From Felis catus (taxonomy: Eukaryota), in contig NC_058372.1 of NCBI RefSeq assembly GCF_018350175.1, positions 52,514,001 to 52,578,000 on the forward strand: DNA of 64,000 nucleotides. Direction: 5' to 3'. Position 1 is the stretch's first letter. Each line of letters begins with the position of its first letter. The translations under genes and the position numbers were made by a program. Below the pieces are notes generated by a model that saw only the letters and a list, made by a program, of their open reading frames with translations, was not told the DNA's origin and did not search any database. This document shows, piece by piece, positions 13,971 through 26,414 of the stretch.

Positions 13971-14567
13971 TGTAAAGTTTATAATAAAAATTTAGTAACT
14001 TGGTGTCTTTAAAAGGAAATGATTGAATAATTTTATGACATCATTCTTTTGTGAGATAAGTCACCGAGGATAGTATAACTGGCCTTGTTTGATCTTTGGG
14101 ATATAAGCCCCCTACACGTACTTGATGTATACAGCAACCATGGATACAATCAGAACATTTTACCAAGGAGTAAATAAATATAAACAACTTCCAATAAGAT
14201 CTCATTTACCTACATTTATAGAGAAAAATAGTGTTATAATTTCAGTTTGTTGGACTCCCAAATCTGTTTTTTTTTCCATTATGCATTCTGAAACCAAAAT
14301 ATGTTATAAATTCTCTCTAGTGTAAAATAAACGTGGACAATTGGACTCAACAATTTTTCCTCTGTGGACAAAATGCTCCTGTCTCATCTCACATAGTAGC
14401 TTCTTCACACCTGCATTTTCTTAATTTCTTGCTGACACAGCATTGTATACGTCCAAGCATCCATTACAGAAAGATCTCAGATGTTTTAAAAGTGGAAGCC
14501 TCAGGATGCCCCAATGGACATGATGTGCTCTAGGTTCTTGTGAACAAGAACACATTGTAGATACAGG

Positions 14568-14905
14568 ATCAGTCTAATCCATCTGGGCTGCTATAACGAA
14601 ATATAACAGTCTGGTCACTCATAAACCACAGAAATTTATTTTTCACAGTTCTGGAGACTTGAAGTCCAACACCAATGCATGGTCACATTCTCACAAAGGC
14701 CCTCTTCCCAGTTCATAGCTGGTGACTTCCTGCTGTGTCCTCCCTGGTGGAAGGAGCAAGGGATCCCTCTGGAGCCTCATTCACGATGGTTCCACCCTGA
14801 CAACTTAAGCACCTCCTCAAGAATCTACCTATAAATGTAATCATTTTGAGGGCTAGAATGTCCACGTGTAAATTTGTAGGGAGACATAAATATTCAGACC
14901 ACAAC
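14568..14905 (-). mobile_element. MLT1A-like MaLR LTR
   Basis: gggctgctataac...aaaccacagaaatttatttttcacagttctggag...attcagaccacaaca. Confidence 0.8.
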
Positions 14906-15439
14906 AATGCCTCTTACTGAAGCTGGGAGAAACACAGTTGTCAAGTGACTACAAGTGGCTTACCTTTCCAGCGGAACAGGGAATTTTTGCATCGCTGCAA
15001 GGAGTCATTTCTTACACTGATACTGTGTCGGGTGACTTTGGGGAACAGCAGCTGAAACACTACAACCTTAAAGCACACTGGAGCATGTGGCACATGTAGA
15101 GAACATGTCTTGTTTGGGACGATGAGGCACACCAGTTTGATTCTAGTGGAACCTGAATTCCCTATACATTTGCCTGGGCTGCTTATCACCTTTCTCCTTT
15201 TCCACATTCTCAAATGACCTAAACTTGCTGTCATGAGGTTAATTAATGAAGTGGAAACTGAGGATACTCCAGTGTGTAGGAAACCTGGGGGTTATAGTTG
15301 AGAGGCTTTTACACAATTTACTATTCTACTGGAAGGAAAAAAAAAAAAACCAAAAACCTTTCTCATGAATGTGCTGAGCATGTATCATTTCTTAGCATCT
15401 GGCTTGTGGGTTTTTCTTGGAAGCATAATAGCCGAGATT

Positions 15440-15664
15440 AGTATGCTCAGAATAAAATAATTGAATTTGGACATAATTAGGAAAGTTCACAGCTCAGGAA
15501 AGACTGGGGAGGAAATGGTGACAAAGGAAGCTGACTTGACTCAGTAATGCTTTCGGGAAGCAAGGGCAGAAGCTGAAGCCTTATCTGCACAGTTACTGTT
15601 AAGAAGGTGGCTGCAGTTAACACATCTGCCTTTCTTGCAGGTGAATAACACCAGGTTGTCCAGC
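15440..15664 (+). promoter_or_regulatory. GFRAL: GFRAL proximal promoter / 5' UTR region
   Basis: Non-repetitive sequence directly upstream of the ATG. 15580-15664 (cagttactgttaagaag...catctgcc...caggtgaa...gttgtccagcATG) resembles the remembered human 5' UTR. The TSS is not determinable from sequence. Confidence 0.6.
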
Positions 15665-15686
15665 ATGATAGTCTTCATTTTCCTTG
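15665..15686 (+). CDS. GFRAL: GFRAL coding exon 1 (start codon, signal peptide N-terminus MIVFIFL-A)
   Basis: cagcATG ATA GTC TTC ATT TTC CTT G|gtaagt: 22 nt with a consensus donor, phase 1. The peptide matches the remembered human GFRAL N-terminus MIVFIFLA. Confidence 0.95.
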
Positions 15687-17483
15687 GTAAGTGAATCATG
15701 CTTCTAGTTTACCTGGATCCATAGCACTGTTTCTTCATGAACTGAATGCCATCTTATCTGACTTAACTGTTGATTAAACTAATGGGCTTGTAATAGGAAG
15801 TCTCAATTTTCAGTGTATACTTTAACATGGTTTCTTACTTTCTCAAAATTGTACACTTACTCATTTATAACTCTGTAGAAAATGCACAATGCAGGGATTG
15901 CATTCATCTCTCAGATTGTTTGCATTTTATTATATGGGATAATCCAGTTACCTAGGATTTATGGAATTCACACAGATAGTAGAGACTTTGAGAAATGAAA
16001 CCTTCCAGTATCTATTTACAAGTTATAAGATGGCAAATTTCAAATTTATCTATTTTTCTTTGAAATTAAATTAAATGAGATTAACTTAAAGCATTCAGTT
16101 CCCCGAATTTTAAAGTGTTAATATTTACTAAAAAGGATTCATTTCATAGAATAAAACAACTTAACATCCCATCAAATGCTTCACATTTTAGTTAGCTTCT
16201 GTTAGCTACAGGAAAGGTTTGTAATAATCCCTCTTGTGAAGGTATCATAAAATGCTGGTGGAAAAGAATTCATTTGTACTTAAAGTAGAATCCATGAAGA
16301 TCTACTTGTTGTAGGTATCATCGGACAAACTACTGTATTGTTCTTCAGAATTTAGTAGAATCTATAAAATGAATTCAGGAAAAGAAATAGTTATGATTAT
16401 AGCTGAATATTATTCCATTCATTAAAACAGAGCCAGTATTTTTTTGTTTACACTAATAGATATTAATGAATAAAAACATAATTGTGGGCAAGAAAACAAG
16501 GTTATTCCAAATTATGTTGAACATGAATCAAAAAAATTAAGGGGAGAAAGAATGGAATATTTTATATATTTTCAGTTTTTCTTTAGTTTTAGTTATAGTT
16601 ATTTCCTATCTCAAAATTTTGCTCTTGGATTTATTTTAACACTATTTGCTTATTTCCATTCATGATTACAAAGAAAACTCTGGGAAATTTTAATTTTGTA
16701 GATAAGACAGCAGTATAACAGAACACATAAAACATGTTACAACCTCATTATGGCTCCAGTTGAAAAAGCAAGGATCGCCTCTTGTTTTCAAGTTTCCATT
16801 CTAAATTAATTTTGAGACTAGGAAGTGAATGATTTCTAACATTGTTAGGGTCGAAGCTGTACTATCTGATAGGCTTAACCTGTGTTTCCCATAGTTCATT
16901 CTTAAGAATACTTGTCTAACATCACCTAAATAGGTCTAAAGGTGTGGGAAAGTTCTATCGCCAGAGGAACGTGGGGCATGGTAAATTTTTAAAATAGAAC
17001 ATGTCATATCATAATAAGACTTAAGAGGGTAATATTATGTGCAACATTTTTCATATTGTTACTTTAAAACAGAACTTGTGTTTCATTGAGCATTTCAAGA
17101 GAATCCTTGAAAACTCCTGGATTAAATACATGGCCACAAGTTATAGTAAGGAATGACTAAGATTTTGGCAAGTTAAAGTTATTTTCATTCTTGTGGGCCA
17201 GATCACTGAGATGGTTTTCCTAGTAGATTTAGTATTTCATCCTACTAGAGGGTGTGGAAAATCATATAAAGTAAACAATCAAGTGGAACTTAAAATTTTA
17301 AATATGGAAGAAAATGAAACAGATTTGAGAAACATAATATGTAGAATTAAGTAACCATCATTAGACAGAGGTACTGGTAAGGTTTTGATGATATATTCAG
17401 GATACCATCATCTATAAGTTTCCTGAAGGAGCTACTTACAAGATTCAATGATCAATGTCAAATAAAATTCCAGTTTCTTACTT

Positions 17484-17508
17484 TCCTTTTTTTTTATGTT
17501 TATTTATT

Positions 17509-17566
<58 letters not shown>

Positions 17567-17733
17567 CATGAGTAGAAGAGGGGCAGTGAGGGAGGGAGAC
17601 ACAGAATCTGAAGAAAGTTCCAGGCTCTTAGCTGTCAGCACAGAGCTCAATGCAGACCTCAAACCCACAAACTCTGAGATCATGACCTGAGCTGAAATCA
17701 GTTGCTCAATCAACTGAGCCACTGAGTCACCCC
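17484..17733 (-). mobile_element. CAN-SINE with expanded (GA)n
   Basis: (GA) about 24 units at 17512-17560, followed by the SINE body. Confidence 0.92.
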
Positions 17734-18439
17734 ATAGAATTCCACTTTCTTATGAGTAGAGTCTGACATAAAATATTTCAGGGTCTTTGGCAAGCTGGAT
17801 TCAAACAAGTAACTTTGGGCCAGAACCAAAGGGGCTCTCTTTCTCTTTCTCATTGGTTAAATGAGCTTAACAATGAACACATGACAAAACAGAAGGCTGA
17901 TATGTCAATTTTCACTCCAGCCCTCAACAAGAAAAATGTGACTGAGCCACACCCTTGGGCCTAATCTCCAAATGCAGTGACCCAGCAAGTAGTACATATG
18001 ATCCATCCAATGAGTTGTCTTGGATTCTCCTTAGGAGAAGAGGTTTGAAAAGAGGTAAGATAAAGAAAAGATTTTAGGCTTTACTTGAAGCCCATAACTC
18101 TGCATTGTCACAGGCAATTCATAATTAGCATCATCTTTTTAAAAATTCAATTAATTTGACTCTAAGACCTACTTTGAGATCTCCTGATTATAATTAATAT
18201 ATTGTTTCTGTAACTCGATTGCTCTTCCCATATTTTTCTATGGATTGATCCAGCAAGTGTCGCTTGGCATGCTTGCAGAATCAATTCAAATAATTTATAC
18301 ATTATACTAAATTAGCATCACTATGTTTTTGATATTTTTAGAAAACTTTCTGGAAACTTCTCCTCTACCCAACATAACTTGTAAATATCTGGAAGGTATT
18401 ATTTTTATTATAGTATTATAGTATTACTTATTCATAACT

Positions 18440-18650
18440 TCTTTTTTTTAAGTTTATTTATTTTCAGAGAGAGAGAGAGACAGCATGAGTGGGGGAGGAG
18501 CAGAGAGAGAGGGAGAGGGAGAATCCCAAGCAGGTTCCATGCTGTCAGCACAGAGTCCAATGAAGGGATTCATTTCATGAACTGCAAAATCAAGACCAGA
18601 GCTGAGATCAAGAGTCAGATGCTTAAGCGACTGAGCCACCCAGGTGCCCC
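18440..18650 (-). mobile_element. CAN-SINE
   Basis: Full body ending gagccacccaggtgcccc. Confidence 0.92.
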
Positions 18651-18963
18651 TATAATTCATTCTTAAATAACTATTCAAGTTAGTGTAAGTCAACATACAT
18701 ACATAATGTCTCATTGTGTTCGATGATGAGGATACAATTATGAATTACCTCCAATGTCTGCCTAGTAGGACCCTAGAACCCCATGGTGGAGACAATCATA
18801 TAAATACACATTTTCATTACAGAGCAGTAAAGCTATGCTTGGGGAAATCCCAGTATTCTAGTGAAACAAATAAGAGGTGTTAAATTAATTTGGATATAGG
18901 AAGAGGGTATTGAATTCAGGGAAGGATTCCATAAAATAGGTAATTATTGTGTTGAGTGTTAGA

Positions 18964-18964
<1 letters not shown>

Positions 18965-19017
<53 letters not shown>

Positions 19018-19032
19018 CTGAAAGAAAGAAAA
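18965..19032 (+). repeat. (GAAA)n microsatellite
   Basis: Tandem gaaa units seen directly. Confidence 0.95.
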
Positions 19033-20200
19033 GTTTATAGGAGATAAAAAGGAGTGCCTACTAATGAGGGTACAGTAAACACTCAGAGGTACAAGACAGC
19101 ATGGAGCATCTGGGAAACTATACATGCTCAAAAATGTCTAGATTGCATACGATAAGGAATATAAGAACTATCCTATGAGGAACCATCCAAAGGTCGAAGC
19201 AGAGAAATGGCAGGATCAGGATGGTACAGTAGGCAGGTTAGGGGGTATAAAGAACCTATGTGAGTAAGATGAAACTGGAGGAAAATTGACTAATTGATGG
19301 GTTGGTCAAAGATTCAAAATAAGAGTCAAGGAACTATGCACACATGGATATAAAAGAATGAAGTCGAGGATAAAAAAGGAGTCTGTGATGAATCAGTGGT
19401 TTCTAGTGTTGGGTGCTCATGAGAACAGTGAAATTGATGAAGCAGGGCTGTCCACCAGGGAGTGATGATAAAAATACACTGTAGTCTTAAAATGTATCTG
19501 GAACACTTTGGTTGAGATAACAACAAATATAACTGGAATACTGAAAAATAATGGGATTGAATTATGCTTTAGAGAATCATCAATCTAGAGGTTTTAGTTA
19601 AAACCATTAAAGTACATGGAATTGTACATAGAGAATGTGTAAAATGAGAATGGGAAACATCTGAGGATAGACATTAAGCTAAAAATACAGTTCAACAGAA
19701 AAAGACAAAGATCCTGGGAAGAGGCCTAACTATGGTCAGAAAATATCAAATGAATAAGTATCAAGAGAACTAGAAGAGCTGGTTGCCAAAGGAAGAGAGA
19801 GTTTTAAGAACAAAATAGCAACAAAACGTGCAATGATAAAAGTAGGCAAGATGAAGTGTTAAAACTATTAATGTTGATGTCATGGAGATGATTAGGACAG
19901 TTCAGAGAGCAGTTTCAATAGAGCAATAGTCTTAAAAATATAAATTGAGGAATAAATACGCACCAAATAAGAGCACAAATCTAGACTCTTCATTTAAGAA
20001 TCTTATAAAGGAGAAATACAGATCTGTAGTTAGGGGGGAGGTTAAGATCCATTCCAATCTTGTAATGATCTTATCAGATTATATTTTCCATAACACTGTT
20101 GTTTATCACCAGTAACTTAGTTTTGAGGTAAATAACTGTCATACTGTAATATTGCAAACACGTTCTTGTTGTTTTTGTTCTGTTCTTATTGTTATTTCAG

Positions 20201-20335
20201 CTATGGTGCTATGCTTGGAAAATGAATCCACTTCCCAAACCATTGATTGCACATATTTAAGAGAGCAATGCCTAAGTGATACAAATGGATGTAAACTTGC
20301 ATGGAGAAAGATGGAAGATTCATGTAATGTTTCAG
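20201..20335 (+). CDS. GFRAL: GFRAL exon 2 (end of signal peptide, first half of D1)
   Basis: Pyrimidine tract and tttcag acceptor at 20200. Encodes (A)MVLCLENESTSQTIDCTYLREQCLSDTNGCKLAWRKMEDSCNVS. TCAG|gtaaaa donor; 135 nt, phase 1-1. Confidence 0.96.
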
Positions 20336-20352
20336 GTAAAATATATTATTTA

Positions 20353-20564
20353 ATTTTTTAAGTTTATTTATGTATTTATTTTTGAGAGAGAAAAAGAGAG
20401 AGAGAGGGAGGAGGGCACAGAACGAGAGGGAGAGAGAGTGAGAATTCCAAGCAGGCTCTGCACTGTCAGCACAGAGCCTGATGCAGGACTCAAACCCATG
20501 AACCATGAGATCTTGACCAGAGCTGAAGTTGGACGCTTAACCAACTGAACCACCCAAGTGCCTC
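20353..20564 (-). mobile_element. CAN-SINE immediately downstream of the exon 2 donor
   Basis: TSD taaaatatattattta (20337-20352) / taaaatacattattta (20567-20582). Confidence 0.93.
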
Positions 20565-22376
20565 AATAAAATACATTATTTACAATACACACAAATGATT
20601 TATTTTTACTGAGGTAAAAATAGGATTTGATATTTTCTTTCACTGCCCTGGGAACTAAGTTAGCTTTGCTCCAAACACTTTTTTCAAACTTAATATTCAA
20701 GTGATTTACCTTCAATTGCTTATTAGCAAATGTAGTAACAAGAACTCAAGAGCCTTAATGCCCTGCGGGGAGGTTTATGCAAGATTTCAGGGTTTGTTTT
20801 ACTTATCTCACCATGTACAATGTTATAATTATATGCATGCTTGTCAGAAGTATGGCAAAAATTTTTCAAATGTGTTTTTGCTTACATATTAGTATGTCAG
20901 TAATAAAATAGGAAAAAAAAACATTTGTGATGATCAAGAGCATTGTTATTTATTTGTATGTGTATCATACACATTTTTATGTTCTTGCAACAGACATGCT
21001 ATCTTCCATTCCATCTGTGTCGAGAACAATTTAAAATACATTTTTATTTTTAACATGTCCTACATTCCAAACATTTGAGCAGAGTCCCGAGGGTTAGAGA
21101 ATATGAAGATTAGAGTTACTGTTACTTGTTTAAAAGAAAAAGAAAACATACGGAATATATCAATTCGTTGAATAAATATTGTATGGACCATTATAGTAGG
21201 ACTCCATTCACTAAAAATTGATAAACTGATTATATAGTGAGACATTATCTTAGTACTATTATCACAAACGTTTCAAAATATTGTATTCTCATATAATTTA
21301 TCATCTTGTATATTGGATGTTATAATACTATAAAAACCTCATAAACTTTCTGGAATATTCAGTAAGAAAAATTGAAAAGGGAAAATAACAATAGATTCTT
21401 CCATGACGTACTTTCTCTATTTTGCGCAGTGTGGCGTCTGTACTGCTCATGACTCTTGCCTATCTGTGTGTGCATCCTCTACTTTCCAAAAGACGTAAGG
21501 GGAAGTAAGTTGGGTTTAAGAGGCAGCAGCCTATAGTTCTGATGGCCACCATTTACAATCTCCACCATCGGAAGTCCTCCCCATCCCCACAACCTCAAGG
21601 AATTATATAGGATGTAGAGGAAAAGAGAATGATTTCCTTCTCCGTCCTGCCCTTGAAGGCAGCAAGTCCATAGTCCAAAGTAAGTTATAGCTGCCTAACC
21701 CAACATTCTTATTACAAGTCAGGAAAAGAATTTTAAAAGCCTAATTTGCTCTAAGTAATACAGTCATTTTAAGATGAGAATAGAAGACAGTGACAAAAAA
21801 ATCTGTTATTTGTTTTGATGATGAAACTCCTTGTTACATTTTATAAAGCAATTTAAAATACTGCATTCAGTGTGTCATGAATTATAACACGTACTTCAGT
21901 ATACAAATAGCAAGTCATTTTCAGTGAATTGCAGTAATATTTGCATAATTATCTCATTCATGAAGCTGAAATAGAAATATTCTCAAATACATAAATGAAA
22001 TGAACTCAAGTAATTTTATTCAAAAAAATGATTAAAAGAAAATTGTTGGGTGGATGAATAGGACTTTGTAAATTAAAGCAGAAAAGGAAACATTGATAAT
22101 TGTGAAAGACTCATTATTCAATAATATTTATTGAGTGCTTACAAAGTGTTAGGACCACTTCATTTCTCATGATGAATTTTGAGCCACTTGCATGTCTCTT
22201 ATTATAATCTTAGAATGACATATACACTAGAAGATTATGACAAATAGTTAATAAAAATAGCTAAACTGACAAAATAGTGAAGATTATGGATCATTCTGGT
22301 CACCTCATATAAGGACAGCCTTGATTATTATAGAAGAGTAAAAACTGATATTCTAAGTGGGGACAAAGTCATTTTA

Positions 22377-22604
22377 TTTATTTTTTTAAATTTTTTTTCA
22401 ACGTTTTTTATTTATTTTTGGGACAGAGAGAGACAGAGCATGAACGGGGGAGGGGCAAAGAGAGAGGGAGACACAGAATCAGAAACAGGCTCCAGGCTCT
22501 GAGCCATCAGCCCAGAGCCTGACTCGGGGCTCGAACTCACGGAGTGCGAGATCGTGACCTGGCTGAAGTCGGTCGCTTAACCGACTGCGCCATCCAGGCG
22601 CCCC
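22377..22604 (-). mobile_element. Young SINEC_Fc-type SINE
   Basis: CpG-rich and near consensus. Perfect TSD caaagtcatttta. Confidence 0.95.
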
Positions 22605-22836
22605 CAAAGTCATTTTAAAATACAGCAAGCTTTAATCCATTTTGGAAAGTAAACATTGAGAGAAAGATAGTAAAAATAGATTTTGTGCCTAAAAAGTCAC
22701 TTACATGGACATCTTGCAGCATCCCCAGGAAATCTTATTATAATAAGGCATTACTCAGGTTAATACGTTAAAAGCATTTGGAGTAGGGTGATACTTAGAT
22801 TAATATCAGGAGTATTACATGTTTGTTTAAACCCAG

Positions 22837-22989
22837 GTAACCCCTGCAAGATGAAGGATTCATCAAACTGTAACCTGAGCATCCAGTCCTTGGTGGAAAA
22901 CGATTTCCAGTTTGAAGATTGTCTCTGCACTGGTAACCTCCATTGCACTATTAACAAATTGCTTGGGAAAAAATGCATCAATGAATCAG
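22837..22989 (+). CDS. GFRAL: GFRAL exon 3 (second half of D1)
   Basis: acccag| acceptor at 22836. Encodes (G)NPCKMKDSSNCNLSIQSLVENDFQFEDCLCTGNLHCTINKLLGKKCINES. TCAG|gtaata donor; 153 nt, phase 1-1. The 5' boundary is slightly uncertain (see findings). Confidence 0.92.
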
Positions 22990-23075
22990 GTAATAATATG
23001 TGATTATATGAAATATTACAGTCATAAAAAAGAAAAGTACAGTTTCAAAATTAACCACATCTATGTAATTGGATT

Positions 23076-23078
<3 letters not shown>

Positions 23079-23121
<43 letters not shown>
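23079..23121 (+). repeat. (TC)n microsatellite
   Basis: Tandem tc units seen directly. Confidence 0.9.
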
Positions 23122-25036
23122 TTTTTTATTGGTAACTTGAACAGTTTTTTTGTGTAATACAAAGTTCTGTGAGTCACAGATCTCAGTAAGTGCCTAACAT
23201 ATTTCTGTAATTGTTAACCACTATTTCAAGCTTCATCCAATCATAATTAATTAGCATTATATAGTCACTCTCTCAGTTCATATTTTTGTGAGGCTCACTA
23301 TGGCTTTGCCCAAGACCTAAGTGATAGAAGACAAGTAAGGTATCATTTCTGTTGTTAAAGAACTCAGTTTCCTGAGAAAGTCCGAAATATAACCACTTGT
23401 CTGGAATTCTACTTGCCTCTGGATGGGAGCATTTAATCATTTATGCATTTATTTAGAGCTACTCAAGGTGCCGGGCTGACACTGAAGTAGTGGTACTCAA
23501 AGTAGTCTGCATGTGTCCTTGAGGATTCATAAAGATTTTCAAAGGGATATGGAGAATGAAATAGTTCTAAAACAATCAGTTTCTGGATCCTCAATGTTCT
23601 TGCATACTCTCTCTGAAAAGTGGACAGCTTGGGATTGCAGCTGTTATCATGGGGTTCTTGCCTCTTCTTTCATAATCAGCCTTCTCCCATTTTATAAGAA
23701 ATAGGTTTACCCCTCATTTATCATGAATGGTCCCATTATCCCACCTCTCAAAACACTCACGGTGAGCAAACTGGCCAATTTTCTGTTCCATGCTTTTGCT
23801 TTTTCCAGAGTTTCACATAAATAGAATTAGGTAACCTTTTGGAATTAGGGAAACTTGAACCTGCCTGATTTTTTTTTTTAATTTAACATCATGGATTTGA
23901 GATTCACTAGTAGTTTTTGAACAAGTTTGTTCTCTGTTTTGAGTAGTGTTCCATTGTATTGGTTATCCATTCACCACTGAAAGTGGTTTGCATTGTTTCC
24001 AGATTTTTAGAGATTATAAATAAAGCTGCTATAAATATTCACATACGAGACTCCTACAAACATAAGTTTTTATTTCTCCATATTCTTGTTGGGCTATACG
24101 GTAATGTTTATGTTCAACTGTATGGTAAGCTTTCATAGAATATTCTAAGTTTAATTTAACCATCGATGTATAAAAGTTCCACTTGCTCCACATCCTCAGT
24201 AGCACTTGATTTTGTTATTTTCTTTTATTTTGAGGCCATTCCAATATATATGTGGTAGTGTCACATTGTGGTTTTAATTTGCACTTAAATAATGTTGAAC
24301 ATATTTTCATGTGCTTAGGTGTCCTCTATATACATTATTTGGTAAAGCATCTTTTTAAAATTTTGCCCTTTTTTAATTTGAGTTTTGCCTTTTTTATTGG
24401 GTTTTAAGAGTTTTTCCTCTGTGTTGAATAGGGCTTATCAGGATATGTGTTCTGTAAATGATATTTCCCTGTCTATATCTTTTATTGCTTTAAGCGTATA
24501 TTTCAAAAAGCAGAAGTTTGTTGTTTTTTTAAAGTTTAACAATGTCCAGCTTATCATTTTTTTCTTTTATAAATAATGCCTTTGCTGTTGCATCTAAGAA
24601 ATCTTTATCCAACCCCAAATCACAAAGATATTCTTATATGATCTAGACATTAAGTACTTTAGGTTTTGCATTCAGGCTTATGATACACTGTCTAAGTTAA
24701 TTTTTGTTTGTGGTGCAAACCATGGGTCAGATTCACTTATTTATTTTTTTTTCTCTAAGGATATCCAGTTGTTCTACCATATTTGATAAAGGGACTACAG
24801 TTTCACCTTTCTCCAAAATCCTTTGGGCTATATATTAGTGTCTCTATTTCTAGATTGTTCTATCTTGTTCCAGCTGCCATTACTTTCCTCTTAGCATTAT
24901 TTTGTAGTTTTCAGTGTATACTTCATACACACTTTGTGTTAAGATTTACATAAATATGCTTCACTTTTTTGATGCTGTTGTAAATGGTAACTTTTTTATA
25001 TTTTAATTTCTAATCAATTATGGCTAATATATCAAA

Positions 25037-25196
25037 ATTATATATATATATATGGTATATATATAAGGCATATATATATACCATATATACACATATATCT
25101 TATATATACCATATATTTACATATATCGTATATATATACCATATATATACGTATATCTTATATATACCACGTGTGTGTGTGTGTGTGTGTATATAC

Positions 25197-25228
<32 letters not shown>

Positions 25229-25250
25229 GTATATACACACACACACACAC
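25037..25250. repeat. Complex (TA)n/(TG)n/(CA)n microsatellite containing a perfect palindrome
   Basis: Seen directly; see findings. Confidence 0.95.
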
Positions 25251-25397
25251 CTTATAGCCTGTAACTTGCTCAGCTCAGTTATTACTTCTATTATCTTTTA
25301 TTTTGTAGAATCTATAGGATTGTCTACATAGACTTAAATATTTATATCTGCAAATAGAGAGTTTTATTTCTTTCTTTCCAATCTGTAGGCCTTTATT

Positions 25398-25432
<35 letters not shown>

Positions 25433-25582
25433 TAGGCCTTTCTTTCTTTTCCTTGCTCTATTGTTCTGAGTAGGACCTGCAGGATAATGTTAAATAGGAT
25501 TTCTGGGAGTGGCCATCCTTGCCTTTTTACCTGTCTTGGGAGAAATGCATTTAGTTTTGCACCATTAAGAATGGTTTTTGCA

Positions 25583-25810
25583 GGGGTGCCTGGATGGTTC
25601 AGTCAGTTAAGTGACCAACTTCAACTCAGGTCATGATCTCACAATTCGTGGGTTCCAGCCCCTTATCAGGCTCTGTGCAGACATCTCAGAGCCTGGACCC
25701 TGCTTTGGATTCTGTGTCTCCCTCTCTCTCTCTGCCCCTCCCCAACTTGTGCTCTCTTTCTCTAAAACATAAAATAAACATAAAAAAATGTTTTTTAAAT
25801 AAAAAAAAAT
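25583..25810 (+). mobile_element. CAN-SINE
   Basis: ggggtgcctggatggttcagtc head. TSD aatggtttttgca / aatggattttgca. Confidence 0.92.
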
Positions 25811-26186
25811 GGATTTTGCAGTAAGTTCTTTGCAGGTTCCTCTTCCCTTTATCAGGCAGAGAAAATTCCTTCCTATATCTGGTTTGCTTAGAGATTTTAT
25901 CATTAATAGATTTGCAAATGATTTTCTGCCTCTTTTGCAATGATCATGGTTTATATTTTTAGGTTTTTTTTAATATGATGAATTATTTGTTGATTCTTAG
26001 TGTTGGCTATAACCCTTCATTCTGAGGATATATACTATTCAGTTATGAAGTATTTATTCATTTTATATGTTGCTGGATTGAATTTGCTACTATTTTGTTG
26101 AGGGTTTTTAATCTATGTTCCTGAGGGACATTGGAATGTTGTCCTGACAGCATATTTGTTTGATTTTGTTGTCTAGATAATACTGT

Positions 26187-26414
26187 TTTTAATTTTTATA
26201 TCTTTTGAAAATGTTTAGAGAGAGAGTATGTGTGAGCTGGGAAGGGGAAGAGAGAGAAAGAGACGTAGACAGTGAATCCAAAGCAGGCTCCAAGCTGTCA
26301 GCAGATAGCCTGACTTGGGGCTTGAACTCACGACAAACTCATGAACTGTGAGATCATGACTTGAGCAGAAATTAAAAGTTGGGCGCTAAACTGACTGAGC
26401 CACCCAGGTGCCCC
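26187..26414 (-). mobile_element. CAN-SINE
   Basis: Body ending gagccacccaggtgcccc. TSD ataatactgttttt / ataatgctgttttt. Confidence 0.9.
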
